The position numbers and the translations under genes are program-made. Below are positions 1 to 12,630 of a DNA stretch of 64,000 nucleotides, piece after piece. Every line of letters begins with the position of its first letter. Within the stretch, counting starts at the first letter, position 1. A model generated the notes under the pieces. It searched no databases. It was not told the DNA's origin and was given only the letters and a program-made list of their open reading frames with translations. The DNA lies in NCBI RefSeq assembly GCF_009914755.1, contig NC_060930.1; one strand, written 5' to 3'. The stretch comes from the human T2T-CHM13v2.0 reference genome, Homo sapiens.

Positions 1-569
1 AGATGTTAATTATTTTAACTCTTCTTTTGTAACAGAGAAGTCTGGGACTGTCATTTTTTGTTTTTTGCTTGACATTGTATTTTTTCCTCATAGAACAAAA
101 GTTAGTATAAAAGAAAGGGAAAAAAGGCCATACAATGATGCTGTTTAAACAAGAGTGTAAATGTAGGATATGTATTTTGATCTAAAATGTTGATAAACCA
201 AATTCTAGCAATATCATGAAAATGTAAACATTTTGGAGACCCAGATCCTATTTCAAATAGAGTCAAGATGACTGCCCTAGAAAATGCTTCTTGAAGTCAT
301 GGAATAAATTAGATGATTGTTTATTTAAAAAAAAAGAACAATAATACATAGGAGATCTGTTAAAAAATCTGTGAGGAAAGAGCTGTTAAAATGTTGAAAC
401 CACATGAATTCTGTTATGGAAAGTCTGAACAAGACTTTCTAAAATAGATTGAATGTGGGCAGTTTTCACAGCTGCCTGATGACTTCCACACACAAAACAT
501 CCACATTTCATCCTTTTGGTGAATACTGTGTATTTTCCAATTTTATTCTTAGAGTTTAATTTTTTACTT

Positions 570-1115
570 ACATATTATGCTTATGTATATCATATTTGTT
601 ATATATATTATATATAACTAATATACAATTATATTATTTATTTAAAAATAAGGAATTAAAAACAATTATATTATTTGTTTTTAAATAAGGAATTACAAAA
701 TAATGAAGAGACCGTATTTATTATAGATCTTGAAACTGTGACTAAAAACCCCATGCACAGAGAAAATTCTTGAGTCAAATGGCTTCATTGATGAATAGAA
801 GTTAGAATACTGGTTATTGTTACAAGGAGAGGGAAGATAATGACTGGGAGAGGGTATGTGGAAAGTTTCATTTCTTATTTTTGATTATATAATTGTACAA
901 TAATAATGTGTTAGTACATAGAACTAATATAATTGTAAATAAGTGTGTTTATATATAATAAAATATACAAAATATAGATAATATATTGTATAATGTATAA
1001 TTATATACAATATAATAAAAATGTGATAAATAATATTGTATAATATATAATTATATACAATTATATTATATGTACTAATGTATTAGCTATATGTATTTAT
1101 ATGTACCTATATATA
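570..1115. repeat. AT-rich low-complexity tracts with imperfect tandem duplications
   Basis: A ~37-bp unit acaattatattattt...aataaggaatta occurs twice (625-700); a further ~50-bp imperfect duplication lies at ~955-1070. Confidence 0.75.
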
Positions 1116-2039
1116 AGACTTTTTCTAGAAATTGACTACATATTTGAATTGTGAGACAGCATGTATGTTTTGATTCATAGATAAGATATGTTTCCAATAT
1201 TACCCATATCTCTAAAATACAAACATGGCAAAAAAAGGCTGGAGTGAGACTAAGGAGAAAGGAGGAGCTATAAGTGTGCCCAGATTCCATTTCTTTACCT
1301 ATGACTTATGCGTTGGTACATTTACCTTAGGTAACTTGTCCCACTTTTATGCTCTTCAATTTGGTCTAGTGTAAAATGGAGCAAATAGGCCCACTTCCTT
1401 ATTACGAAGCATATTATAAGGATAAAGTGATGTGTTATAGGCAAAGAGCATAGCACACTGCTGCACTTTAGGTGATACTCAGAAAATATTACTTTTGGTC
1501 TTCCACATTGAAAATAATGGTGAATGGAGAATAAATGGGCTAAGTTGTAATGTGAAAAATGGAAAATAACAAAACAAAAGCTCAAAAATGCTTTAATTAC
1601 TGGATATTGAAATGATACCTATGAGGTTCACTTTGTATATCACCTAAGAATATTATTTTACTCAATATATTTTTAGCACTTTATGGACATTAATATTTCT
1701 ATGGAGAAAGCTTAAAAAGTGTCACTTGTGCATTGAAACTCTTTTGTAACAGCTTCTTTACTCTTCTGTTGTTGTTATGATATCCTCCAGATTACTTAGA
1801 TTTTTAACCAAGAAGTAACCTTACTTATTACTAGTATGCTCTTTCCTTAAAAGCTTTTCTGATTTATGTTATTTTAATTATATCAATCTTGTTATTATTT
1901 ACAGTTTTTAATTATTTTAATAATTTCAACCTTTCTGCAACTTTCCATTTTAGATATGTCTCATTAATGGCATATAGTGAAGTTTTGACGTTTTGTCTAG
2001 TTTGGCAGTGTTGGTCTTTTAATGAAACATGCATTTTCA

Positions 2040-5000
2040 GTGGATCTGTGTGTATCTAAGTGAAGCATGTACACAGAAAAGGTGACAAATAAAAGTCTGA
2101 GAGAATTTTTGCTAAATGAACCTTCCCAAGTAACTACTACTGAGACAAAAATAACCAGCAACCCAGAAACTTCCCTCATGCCTTTTCCAATCACTATCTT
2201 GCCTTCTCCCCTAATAGTAACCAGTATTCTAACTTGTATTCACCAGTGAAGCCATTTGATCTAGGAGTTTTCTCTGTGCATGGGTTTTAGTCACAGATTC
2301 CATATCTATAATAAATGTGGGACTCACTGGAGTTTTCATTTCTTATATTTTCAGTTTAGTTGAGTTGGGCTTTTCAAGAAATTGATCCACTTACCTAATT
2401 TTTCAAATATATCGACATGAGTTGTTAGTGATATTATCATCTTTTAATTTACAATGATCTGTAGTGATGCCCTTTTTTTATTCCAGATATTGTTGTGTAA
2501 CCTTTGTTTTTCCTTTACAGCTTTAATAGGTCTTCATAATTTCATTAGTCTTTTTCAAATAGCCAGTTTTGGGCTTGATTGATTTTCTCTATCGTGAAAT
2601 TGTTATATTGTATTGAATCCTGCTCTTATATGTCTTGTTTTTTACTTCTCGTTATTTTTTATTTTAGTTTACTACATTTTCTTAGCTTCTTGAAATCGAT
2701 ACCTATGTTATTAATATTTCAGTTCTTTTTTCCTAATATATTTATTAACGCCTACAATTTGCCTCTACATAGGGCTTTAGTTGCCTCCTACAAGTTTGAT
2801 ATATTGTATTTTTCATTATCATTTATTTTAAAATATATTCTAATTTTCATAGTAAATTTTTCTGTGGCCTCTGAGTTATATAGAAGTGAAGTGCTTAATT
2901 TCTGAACAATTGAGTATTTTTCTAATCGTTTTGTTTTTGTTGTTATTCCTTTCCTCACTAATTCCACTATGGTCAGTGTATTTTCAATTCTTTGAGACTA
3001 AACTTTTTGAGACTTGTTTTTATCCAACATATGGCAGTGACTTGAAAACAATGTGGACCAGTTGCCCTGGCTCACTCCTGTAATCCCAGCACTTTGGGAG
3101 GCCAAGGCAGGCGGATGGCTTGAGCCCAGAAGTTCAAGACCAGTGTGGGCAACGTGGTGAAACCTCATCTCTACCAAACAAAACAAAACAAAACAAAACA
3201 AAACCCCAAAACAAATTAGCTGGGTGTGTGCCTGTAGTCCCAGCTATTCTGGAGTCTGAGGTGGGAGAATCACTTCAACCCAGGAGGTAGAGGTTGTGGT
3301 GAGCCGAGATTACACCACTGCACTCCAGCCTGGGTGACAGAGCTGGACATCAGACCCTGTCTAAAAAAAAGCAAAGAAAAGAATGCAGATTCTATAGTTG
3401 TTGGTTGCAGTACTACAAATATATCAGTGAGTTATATTTATATATATTGATACTTTTAAATTAGAGACATACAAATTTAGGATTATTAAATTTAATAATT
3501 TAAATTTTGTATTAACTCTTTTGTATTAACCACCTTTTTAATACTACTGCCAGCAATACTTCTATCTTTAGAGTGTACTTTTGTATGTAGATTCACTAGC
3601 TTCCTTTTTTCTCTGTGTTTGCGTGATATAGGTTTTCTCATATGTTGAGTGTACTTATATTTAAGGTGTATCTTCTGTGAGCAGCATAAATTTGAATTGT
3701 TTATTTAACTAATCTGATAATCTTTTCCTTTAAATTGGATACTTAATTCATTTACATTTAGTGTTACTATACTGATATATGGGTTCAAATTACCATATTC
3801 TCATCTGTTTTCTGTTTGTCTTATCTTTTGCTAATTTTTCTTCCTCATAACTTTCTTACTTTTGGAATACTGAAGGTTTTTCCCTATTTAATTATTCCAT
3901 TTCTTCTTTCATTAGCTTGTCTTCTGTGAAGTCTTTTATTACTCATACTAATTACCATAAATATGGTAACTTGCGTCCTTCATTTATCAGAACTTTGTAA
4001 TATTTTACCTCAGTCCCACCTCCCCATCAGATTTAATTCTATAGTTCTCATATGTTTAATTCTATGTATATATTAAACTCCATAGGAAGTAATTGTTACC
4101 ATCATAAACATGCAGTTTTCATCTAATTTTAAACACCTTTAACTTTTTTGTTTATTTTTTGTTAGTATACTTTGTTTATTTATTTATTTCTGTTAGTAAA
4201 CTTCCATCAAGAAAGTATCCCATTTCTTTTCTGCCTTTTTTAAATGAAAGCCTGCTAGTGATAAATCTCTCATCTTTTGTTTGTTTTTTCACTTTTCTTT
4301 ACTTTTGAGACTTATTTTCCACCAAGTATAAAGTAGAATTTCTTGCCTGGTTGGAATTTTGTTTTGTTTTGTTTTTTTCCAGCACTCTAAATATATCCTA
4401 TCATTATTACTTGTTTTTCATTATTTCTATCATGAAGTAAGCGGAAAGTCTTATTGTTGGTTCTTGGAAACAAGATCATTTTTCCTTTCACTCCATTGAA
4501 GGCTATTTTTTTTAATTTTGCTTTTGGTGTTCAGGGGTTTACCACAATGTACTTAGGAATGATTTTATTGGTATTAATACTATTTGGGATTCAAAAGCTT
4601 CTAGATTCTGTGGATCAATGTCTTTCACCAATTTGGTAAAATTCTTAGCCGATATTTTCTCGAATGTTGTTACTGTCCATTCTTTCTCTCCACTCTCCCT
4701 GAGACTTCAGTCACATCCCTGCTAGACTGTTTGCCGTGCTCATTATGTATTCTATGGCTTCTTTTCATTTGTCTTCTCTTCTTTTGAGGTTTCTCAGTCT
4801 GTACATTTTCTGGGTGACCTGTTGTTTGGTATAAATAATCCCTTTTTTCTGCTGGATTCAATCTTTTATTACATACATTTACTGGATTTTTAATTTTTGT
4901 ATTTTTATTTTTTAGTTTTAGAATATCCAATTGATACTTTAAAAAAATTAGACTCCAAATATCTCTCCACTTAGTCATCTGGAACATATTAATAACAGTT

Positions 5001-5820
5001 ATTTTAAATTATATGTCTGATAACTCTGACGTTGGAAACAACTGGGAGTCTGTTTCTATTGTCTTTTCATGCATTCCTGTTTTATGACAAGCTTGGTCGT
5101 TTTTGATTAAATAATGTATGTGTCTGAAAATGTATAAAAATTCTGGAAGATGTTATTTTTCTCTTAAAATGATTTATTTTCATTCTGTCAAGAGTTAGTG
5201 TAGAGGCAAGTTGCTTTGCTTCAGTCAGCAACTCAAATGTTTTGTAGCTTAGTTAGAGATTCTGATGGTTGTTTCTAGTTTACTCTTAGTTCTAGGGATA
5301 GACTTTCAGGACTCCAGTGGAAACCCCGACTTGTTTACCACACTCTTTCCTTCTTGGCTGACTCTTAACTCCAAAGTTTGTCTTCCCAACTCTGGGAGAC
5401 TTCCCAAGGATCTTCTTAGTTTTTCACTTCTCATGAGTTCATTTTTGCATGATGTTTATCTTCTGGCTCCTTCACCACTTAGAAATTGGCAAATCTCTTG
5501 AAGGCAAAAGCTGTGAAGAATGTAGGTCTCATTTCTCTATGAATTATGGTCCCTCACATCCTAGCTGACTTCATAGCCCTGAATTCTAATGTTTATCTTC
5601 TTATCCTGTGAGATTGCTGAACACACTAAGATGTAGCTTTCTCTATAACCTCCTATTCAACTGTCAGCAAATCAGTAAAAGTACCCTGAGAGGAAAATGG
5701 CTAGCTTACCTTATTTTGCTTCCCTTTACTTAAGTCTGGCTGCCTTGGTTGCTTGCTGATGCCTTCAAACTGCTGTTTTTAGTATTTTATCCAGCTTTTA
5801 TGGTTGTTGTCTTTGAGAGA
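2040..5820 (-). mobile_element. Ancient L1M/L1ME LINE-1 fragments (3' end piece, then ORF2, ORF1 and 5' region), antisense to LAMA2, interrupted by an Alu
   Basis: T-rich degenerate L1 antisense motifs; the minus-strand ORF 4670-4987 resembles decayed ORF1p. Confidence 0.75.
3056..3380 (+). mobile_element. AluJ with a (CAAAA)n expansion in the linker
   Basis: ctggctcactcctgtaatcccagcactttgggagg...gcttgagccc (J-type); dimeric with A-tail; degenerate TSD aaaacaatg/aaaagaatg. Confidence 0.92.
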
Positions 5821-6149
5821 AAATGGAAAGGGAAAAAATATTTATTTTATTTACAGTTTTAAAAACAAAAATCAGCATATTATCTGATAAAATTATTATT
5901 GCTTTTTGTGAATTTAAGGAATGTTCTGAATTATTGCTTCAATATTAAAACAGTAATTATTGGAACATTTTGATGGATTATGAAGAAAGAATATGTAAAA
6001 TTGGGATCGTGTGGAAAATCTGGTATGCATGAAATTGGCATATAAAGTAGGCCTAAACAAAGCAGGTGCTATTCTTAGTAAGAAGCTTCATGCCCCTTAT
6101 GGCATATCTGCCCTGAATAATACATAAAGAAAATAATTTAACAATATGC

Positions 6150-7480
6150 GTTTGAAAAATATTTGTTGAGCAACTACTGTTTTTTAAGCAGTGTTCTAAG
6201 CCTGTAGGTCTGTCCATGAAGGAGACAGGAGTCCTTGCATTCCAGGGTTTTCAAGTAAACAATTTAGAATAGTGCAAGTTCATGAAAAAAAAAGCATAAG
6301 ATTATAATAAGATTATAGACGGTGATGAAAGAGCTAATTTACATGTATGTTCTATGTATGCATTTTTCAGGAAGTGATATTTGAGCTGAGAATTAAAAAC
6401 CAGAAAATACCAGTCATAGAAAAATCTGGGTAGAGTTTATTACCAGCAGGAATAAATGTGGGGTGCTGAGGAAAGGAAAGAAGGCCAATGTGGCTGGAAC
6501 CTAGTGATCAAGAGCAAAGGTGGCATGAGATGCTGTCACGGAGGTCTCCAGGTCTTCTTAGCTCCTGAAGGGAGTAGTCAGTCATGATAAACAGTTTATA
6601 TTGAATTCTGGGTATAATGAGAAACCCGCAGTGGTATTTAAGCAGGTGTAACATGATTTCCTTTATCTCATTAGAAGTAACATTCTGCTAAATGGAGAAT
6701 GATTATAGTGAGATAAGTGTGAAAACTAGGTGGCAGTCAGGAAACCATAGTACTTTTTTAGCAAAGAGATGATGGTAACTTGGAATAGAGTGGTAGTAGC
6801 AGAGAGAAGTGGCAGGCTGAGATTTATCTGGAGTTCGGCATCACCCGAATTGATGGTGGAACAAATGTGGAGAGTGGGGCCAAAATGTTGACTCCTAGGA
6901 GTTTGGCCTGAAGAAATTTTCCTGAAATAGTATGGATTAAAGGAGGAGCAGAATGGAGATACTGGGTGGCAATTAAGGGTCTGTTTTAACATGTTATCTT
7001 TGAAGCATTCGAGTGGTGCCAGGCATGGTGGCTCACTCCTGTAAGCCCAGCACTTTGGGAGGTTGAGGTGGGAGGATTGCTTAAGCCCAGGTATTCGAGA
7101 CCAGCAACCAGCCCGGGCAACAAAGTGAGACCCCTATCTCTACAAAAAGAAGCAAAAAATTAGCCAGGCATAGTAGTCCCAGCTACTCAGGAGGTTGAGG
7201 CAGGAGAATCACTTGGGTCCAGGAGGTCAAGGCTGCAGTGAGCCATATTCATGTCTCTGCACTCCAGCCTGGGAGACAGAGCAAGACGCTGTCTCAAAAC
7301 AAAACAAAAAAATTATTCAAGTGGAAATATTAAAGGGACAATTGGATTTATGAGTCTGGAGTTGAGTGATGTGCACTGGGAAAGAGACTGTACTTAACAG
7401 TAAAGGCCTGTTTAAGATCATTTAGAAAGCAGGTATAGAGATAAAAAGAGGGCCTATAATTGAATCCTAGGCACTTCAAA
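6150..7480 (-). mobile_element. L2 LINE fragment, interrupted by an AluJ
   Basis: aaatatttgttgagcaactactg (reverse of the L2 3' end) followed by a typical purine-rich L2 antisense body. Confidence 0.75.
7017..7312 (+). mobile_element. AluJ
   Basis: ggaggattgcttaagcccagg and ggaggtcaaggctgcagtgagcc (J diagnostics); degenerate TSD attcgagtgg/attcaagtgg. Confidence 0.92.
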
Positions 7481-7623
7481 TTTAAAGGTGGTAAGATCAA
7501 ATACATCAAGAAAGAGGGAATCTTCAGCTATGGCAATGCAGATGCTGTGAGGTACAAATTAAACCACTCAGGTCTTGGAAATACCTAAACATAGGGGGAA
7601 AAAACACCTAAATTGTAATGAGT

Positions 7624-7737
7624 ATATGTGTGTATATATATATAAATATATATAATATATTATATATAATATATAATACATATATAATATATCTTATATA
7701 TATTATATATATATATTATATATATAATATATATAAA
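7624..7737. repeat. Imperfect (TA)n microsatellite
   Basis: About 110 bp of almost pure alternating T/A. Confidence 0.9.
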
Positions 7738-9074
7738 ATTAGAGAATCTTTAATAAGAGGTGAATGGCTCCAAACACAGATTTAATTTGGAAGCTCCCAC
7801 CCTAGCAATACCTACTGGTGTTCATTTTATTTATGTAAACACACAAATGTTGACTATGTAATTTTTCAATTAAGGAAATAGCCAATAAAATTGTGTGGAA
7901 AAAAGATAGCGGTAGCAGATAATAACATCTTTTACTTACTAAAGAGATTGTGTCTAAATATTAAAAGTAATACATTCCCTTGTCAAAACACTTCATTTTT
8001 GTTTGTTTTCACAAATATTTTAATGTGGATTTTGAGTCAAATTTTCTGTAGGAAGGTCATGGTAGATTAATGTCAAATTAGCTGAAACAATAAACACGAT
8101 GAAAAGAAAAATCAGCCTTGTAAGACAGTACAACTAAGGAGATCAGTTTAAAACACTAATGAGGAGTTGCCTCTCAGCACTGGGTCATTATGATTATACT
8201 AATATAATAAGTTAGGTTCAGGTTAGAAAGCAAAGATGAATAATCTTCAAAAGGCACAGTAAATAGTCAATTTAGTTGTCTACCTTCATAATATTTACTA
8301 TTTCCATACTAAAAGCTTACAGTTGTGGGCTAGAATATATGATATTCACGTAATAATATTTAAATTGAATTTCATTTTTTTGCTTCTTCATTATCCTTAC
8401 CTCTACCCTCCTCAATAAATTCATCTCAAATGATAAGATTTTCCATCCATCATTGTGAAGAATAATTTATTTACTTAATGATTCTGGAAATATGGGAATG
8501 TTTATAAAACGAAATACAAAAATTAAGAAATGGAGTGGGCAAGTAAAAAGACATTTTCCCACTGATTTTAGAATATACTCAAGAAAATTAAACTAGTGAC
8601 AAAATAGATTTATTTAACTTATAAGCTAATTCATAAATTAATGGCAAAATTTATCACAGTATACATAACTGAGATTTTGCAGATTTTTTTGTAAATAGAT
8701 AACATTCTGATACAATTAACAGATCTCCATCAGCTGCATTAGATTTCAAGTTGCCCTGCTACCACTGTATATATGCACATAGATAAATATGTATATGTAG
8801 TGCAACACAGATGAGAAGATATAAAGTTGTTTTATTTTGTTCGAATATGTATTACAGAGAACCCTATGTGCTGTATAGCACCTTATATATCTTTCTTTTA
8901 AGAGAACCTCATAGGACTTCCAAATTCTTCACTGAAATAGCTCCTACTTCTTATATTACCTTTCGATATGTCAGAAAGATTCTTTTTCTGGAAGCTGTTG
9001 TTCTCATCCACATCATTGCACAGGCTGACAATCAAGACACTATTTCTCACTTTCTTTAAAACTAAATCAGGATT

Positions 9075-9725
9075 TGAGGGAGTGGAGGGATGACTAGGCA
9101 GAGCAAAAGGATTTTTAAGGCAGTGAAAATACTCTGTAGGATAGTATAATGATGGGTACATGTCCAAACCCGCAGGACGTGCAAGGCCAAGAGTGAAGCC
9201 GAATGTAAACTATAGGCTTTGGGTAATTTTGACGTGTCAATGTCATTTCATCAGTCATTACAAATGTACTACTCTACTGGGGGATAGTGATAATAGGGGA
9301 GGTTATACGTTTATGGGGGCAGTGAGCGTATGGGAAATCTCTGTATTTTTTTTTTTTCTTTTTTGAGACAAAGTCTTGCTGTGTCGCTCAGACTGGAGTG
9401 CAGTGGCACAATGTCGGCTCACTGCAGCCTCCGCCTCTAGCATTCAAGCGATTCTCCTGCCTCGGCTTCCTGAGTACCTGGAACTACAGGTGCGCGCCAC
9501 TATACCCCGCTAATTTTTGTGTTTTTAGTAGAGACAAGGTTTCACCATGTTGCCCAGGCTGGTCTTGAACTCCTGACCTTAAGTGGTCTGCCCATGTCAG
9601 CCTCCCAAAGTGCTAGGATTACAGGTATGAGCCACTGCACCTGGCCAAAATCTCTGTATCTTCCTTTCAATTTTGCTTTGAACCTAAAATTCTCCCTAAA
9701 AAATAAAATATTAAAAAATAAAAGA
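9075..9725 (+). mobile_element. L1MC1-like LINE-1 3' end, split by an Alu
   Basis: ggatttttaaggcagtgaaaatactctg...ccaagagtgaagccgaatgtaaactatagg...tgggaaatctctgta, resuming after the Alu and ending aaaaataaaa. Confidence 0.8.
9347..9646 (-). mobile_element. AluS (Sx/Sz-like), antisense, 12-bp TSD
   Basis: Poly-T plus full Alu reverse complement; TSD aaatctctgtat at 9335-9346 and 9648-9659. Confidence 0.95.
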
Positions 9726-9849
9726 AACTCTATGTACCCTACTGACTCTTTGTCAAAGATTATCTATTTTTTTTCTCAACTCATGCAATGTTTAACACTT
9801 TGGACCATATTATCACTTATGGTTAGCCTCTTATAATATGGTATGGCTA

Positions 9850-10830
9850 TTTTTTTAAAAAGTCATGGTAAAATGACATAACAAACAATTTTTTATCTTA
9901 GCCACTTTTAAGTGTACATTGTTGTGCAACCATCATCACCATTCAGCTCTACAATGCTTTTCATCTTGTAAAATTTGAAATACTGCACCCATTAAATAAT
10001 AACTCCCCATTCTCTCTCCCCCAGTCCCTGGCAAACACTATTCTACCTTCTGTCTCTATAAATTTGATCATTCTGGGCACGTCATATAAGTGGAACCACA
10101 CAGTATTTGTCCTTTTGTAACTGGCTTATTTCATTCAACATAGTGTCTTCGAGATTCTTCCACGTTGTAGCATATATCAGAGTTTCCTTCATTTTTAAGG
10201 CTGAATAATATTCCAATGTCTATGTATAAGTAGACTCACACACACGTACATATATGGCACATTTTTTGTCCATTAATCCATTGATGAACACAGGTTAATT
10301 CCACCTTCTGGCTATTGTTCTTAATGCTATGAACATGGGCATATGGGCTTCAATCTTTAAGGTTTCAGTTACTCATGGTAAACTGAAGTCTGAAAATATT
10401 ACATACAAAAACATTTTAAGAGAGAGAGAGGGAGAAGCTACATTCACATAACTTTTATTATATTATATTGTTCTATTTTTTATTAGTTATTGTTGTTAAA
10501 TCTCTTACTGTGCCTATTTTATAAATTAAACTTCATCAAAGATGTGTGTGTATAGAAAAATACATTGTATATATGGGCTTCATGCATTGAATGAGGGTCT
10601 TAGGATGTATCCCCCTGAGGATAAGGAGGGACTACTATAATTCTACTGTTAATTCTTTGAGGAACCACTATATTGTTTTCCATAGTGGCTGCACCATTTT
10701 ACATTCCCATCGGCCATACACAAGGATTCTAATTTCTCCACACCCTTGCCAACACTTCTTTTTCTGTTTTTTTTTTTTTCTTTTTAAATAGTTAGCATCA
10801 AATGCGTATGAAGTGGTGGCGGTTCATATT
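9850..10830 (-). mobile_element. L1MB-type LINE-1 3' fragment, antisense, interrupted by MER44A
   Basis: ttgttgtgcaaccatcatcacc, ctggcttatttcattcaacatagtgtcttc, ttccatagtggctgcaccattttacattccc. Confidence 0.85.
10355..10637 (+). mobile_element. MER44A (Tigger-derived MITE), left terminus missing
   Basis: cattcacataacttttatta...aatctcttactgtgcctattttataaattaaac...; right TIR ggataaggagggactac followed by TA. Confidence 0.85.
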
Positions 10831-11289
10831 TTCAGTCATCGTTTCCCAGTATTTCTTGAGACAATTTTGAAATATTGTAAGAGATATAAAATAACTTTGA
10901 TGTTGGAAAGAATAGCAGTGAAGAATGCCCATGTAAAATTTGAGAATCTTGAAACATGACAGATACAACATTGCATTAAAGGAAATTAAATCCTGGACAA
11001 TTTTGCTTAGCTTGTAAGTACATATACAACACATATACAAATACATGTACCTATAAGTACATATAAAATATATCCTTTCTAAATTTGGCTATATTGTCAG
11101 ATACCTGAGAAAATTATTATCTTTATAGCCTCTGTGATATGTCGCCAATGCAAGGCCCATGAAAACTCAAAAAGAGTCAGTTAGTAAATGAACTCTTTTA
11201 TTATTTGTATAAATTATAGTTTTTATAATATAAATGTAACATATGAATACTTGTGTCTGGAATTACAATAGACACATTTTTATCTCCAG

Positions 11290-11510
11290 GGAGTTACTAC
11301 TGGCACTTTTTGAAATCCTGTTTTGTCCTAGACACTGGACAAAATATTTTACATAAATTATCTTATAGAACTTTTCAACTCCGTAAGAAAGATACTATTA
11401 TAATTAGTACATTTTGTATCACAGAAATTAAACAACTTCCTCAAAATGACACAGTTAGAAAACAATAGAGCACAAGATGAATCCAGTTCTTTCTGATGTC
11501 AAAGCCTGCC
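11290..11510 (-). mobile_element. MIR SINE (degenerate)
   Basis: aaattaaacaacttcctcaaaatgacacagttag...tgaatccagttctttctgatgtcaaagcctg. Confidence 0.6.
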
Positions 11511-11739
11511 GTGTATACTCCAGATGACCTGAACCTTAGAGTAACTAAAAGCATCAGGGCTTCTCTGATATATAATTGTGAGAATCTCACTAAAAACAAG
11601 ATTAAATTACTACAGAGGAGTCTTAGAATTTAAAACTCTAAAAAGTGAAACTTAGGATTTACCAAAAATGTTTCTAACTTCTCATATACATGTATGGATG
11701 TAACCTGAAATGCTGGGTTGATTATTGAAATGTCCATAT

Positions 11740-12630
11740 GAACTTACAAATTTACCAGAAAAAAATCAAACTACCCCATCAAAAAGTGGGCAAAGGATAT
11801 GAAGAGACACTTCTCAAAAGAAGACATTTATGCAGCCAACAGACACATGAAAAAATGCTCGTCATCACTGGCCTTCAGAGAAATGCAAATCAAAACCACA
11901 AAGAGATACCATCCCACACCAGTTAGAATGGCGATCATTAAAAAGTCAGGAAACAACAGGTGCTGGAGAGGATGTGGAGAAATAGGAATGCTTTTACACC
12001 GTTGGCGGGACTGTAAACTAGTTAAACCATTGTGGAAGACAGTGTGGCGATTCCTCAAGGATCTAGAACTAGAAATACCATTTGACCCAGCCATCCCATT
12101 ACTGGGTGTATACCCAAAGGATTATAAATCATGCTGCTATAAAGACACATGCACACATATGTTTATTGTGGCACTATTCACAATAGCAAAGACTTGGAAC
12201 CAACCCAAATGTCCATCAATGATAGACTGGTTTAAGAAAATGTGGCACATATATACCATGGAATACTATGTAGCCATAAAAAATGAAGAGTTCATGTCCT
12301 TTGTAGGGATATGGATGAAGCTGGAAACCATCATTCTCAGCAAACTATAGCAAGGACAGGAAACCAAACACCGCATGTTCTCACTCATAGGAGGGAAACG
12401 AACAATGAGAACACTTGGACACAGGGTGGGTAACATCACACACCGGGGCCTGTTGTGGGGTGGGGTGAGGGGGGAGGGATAGCATTAGGAGATACACCTA
12501 ATGTAAATGACGAGTTAATGGATGCAGCACACCAACATGGCACATGTATACATATGTAACAAACCTGCACATTGTGCACATGTATCCTATAACTTAAAGC
12601 ATAACAATAAAAAAAGAAACTTAAAAAAAA
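11740..12630 (+). mobile_element. 5'-truncated primate L1PA (about PA4-PA6) with ORF2 C-terminus, 3'UTR, A-tail and TSD
   Basis: ORF 11799-12350 is the L1 ORF2p C-terminus ([11 protein letters not shown]...WHIYTMEYY) with a premature TAG; G-rich 3'UTR; TSD tgaaatgtccatat (11726-11739) / tgaaatgtccgtat (12631-12644). Confidence 0.96.

Noticed and set aside
7624-7737. (TA)n tract as cruciform or fragile site
   Set aside because: An interrupted, ordinary microsatellite with no sequence evidence of rearrangement around it.
11799-12350. 183-aa ORF ending in SKL (peroxisomal-signal-like)
   Set aside because: It is the L1 ORF2p C-terminus in a 5'-truncated copy; SKL results from a premature stop and there is no promoter.
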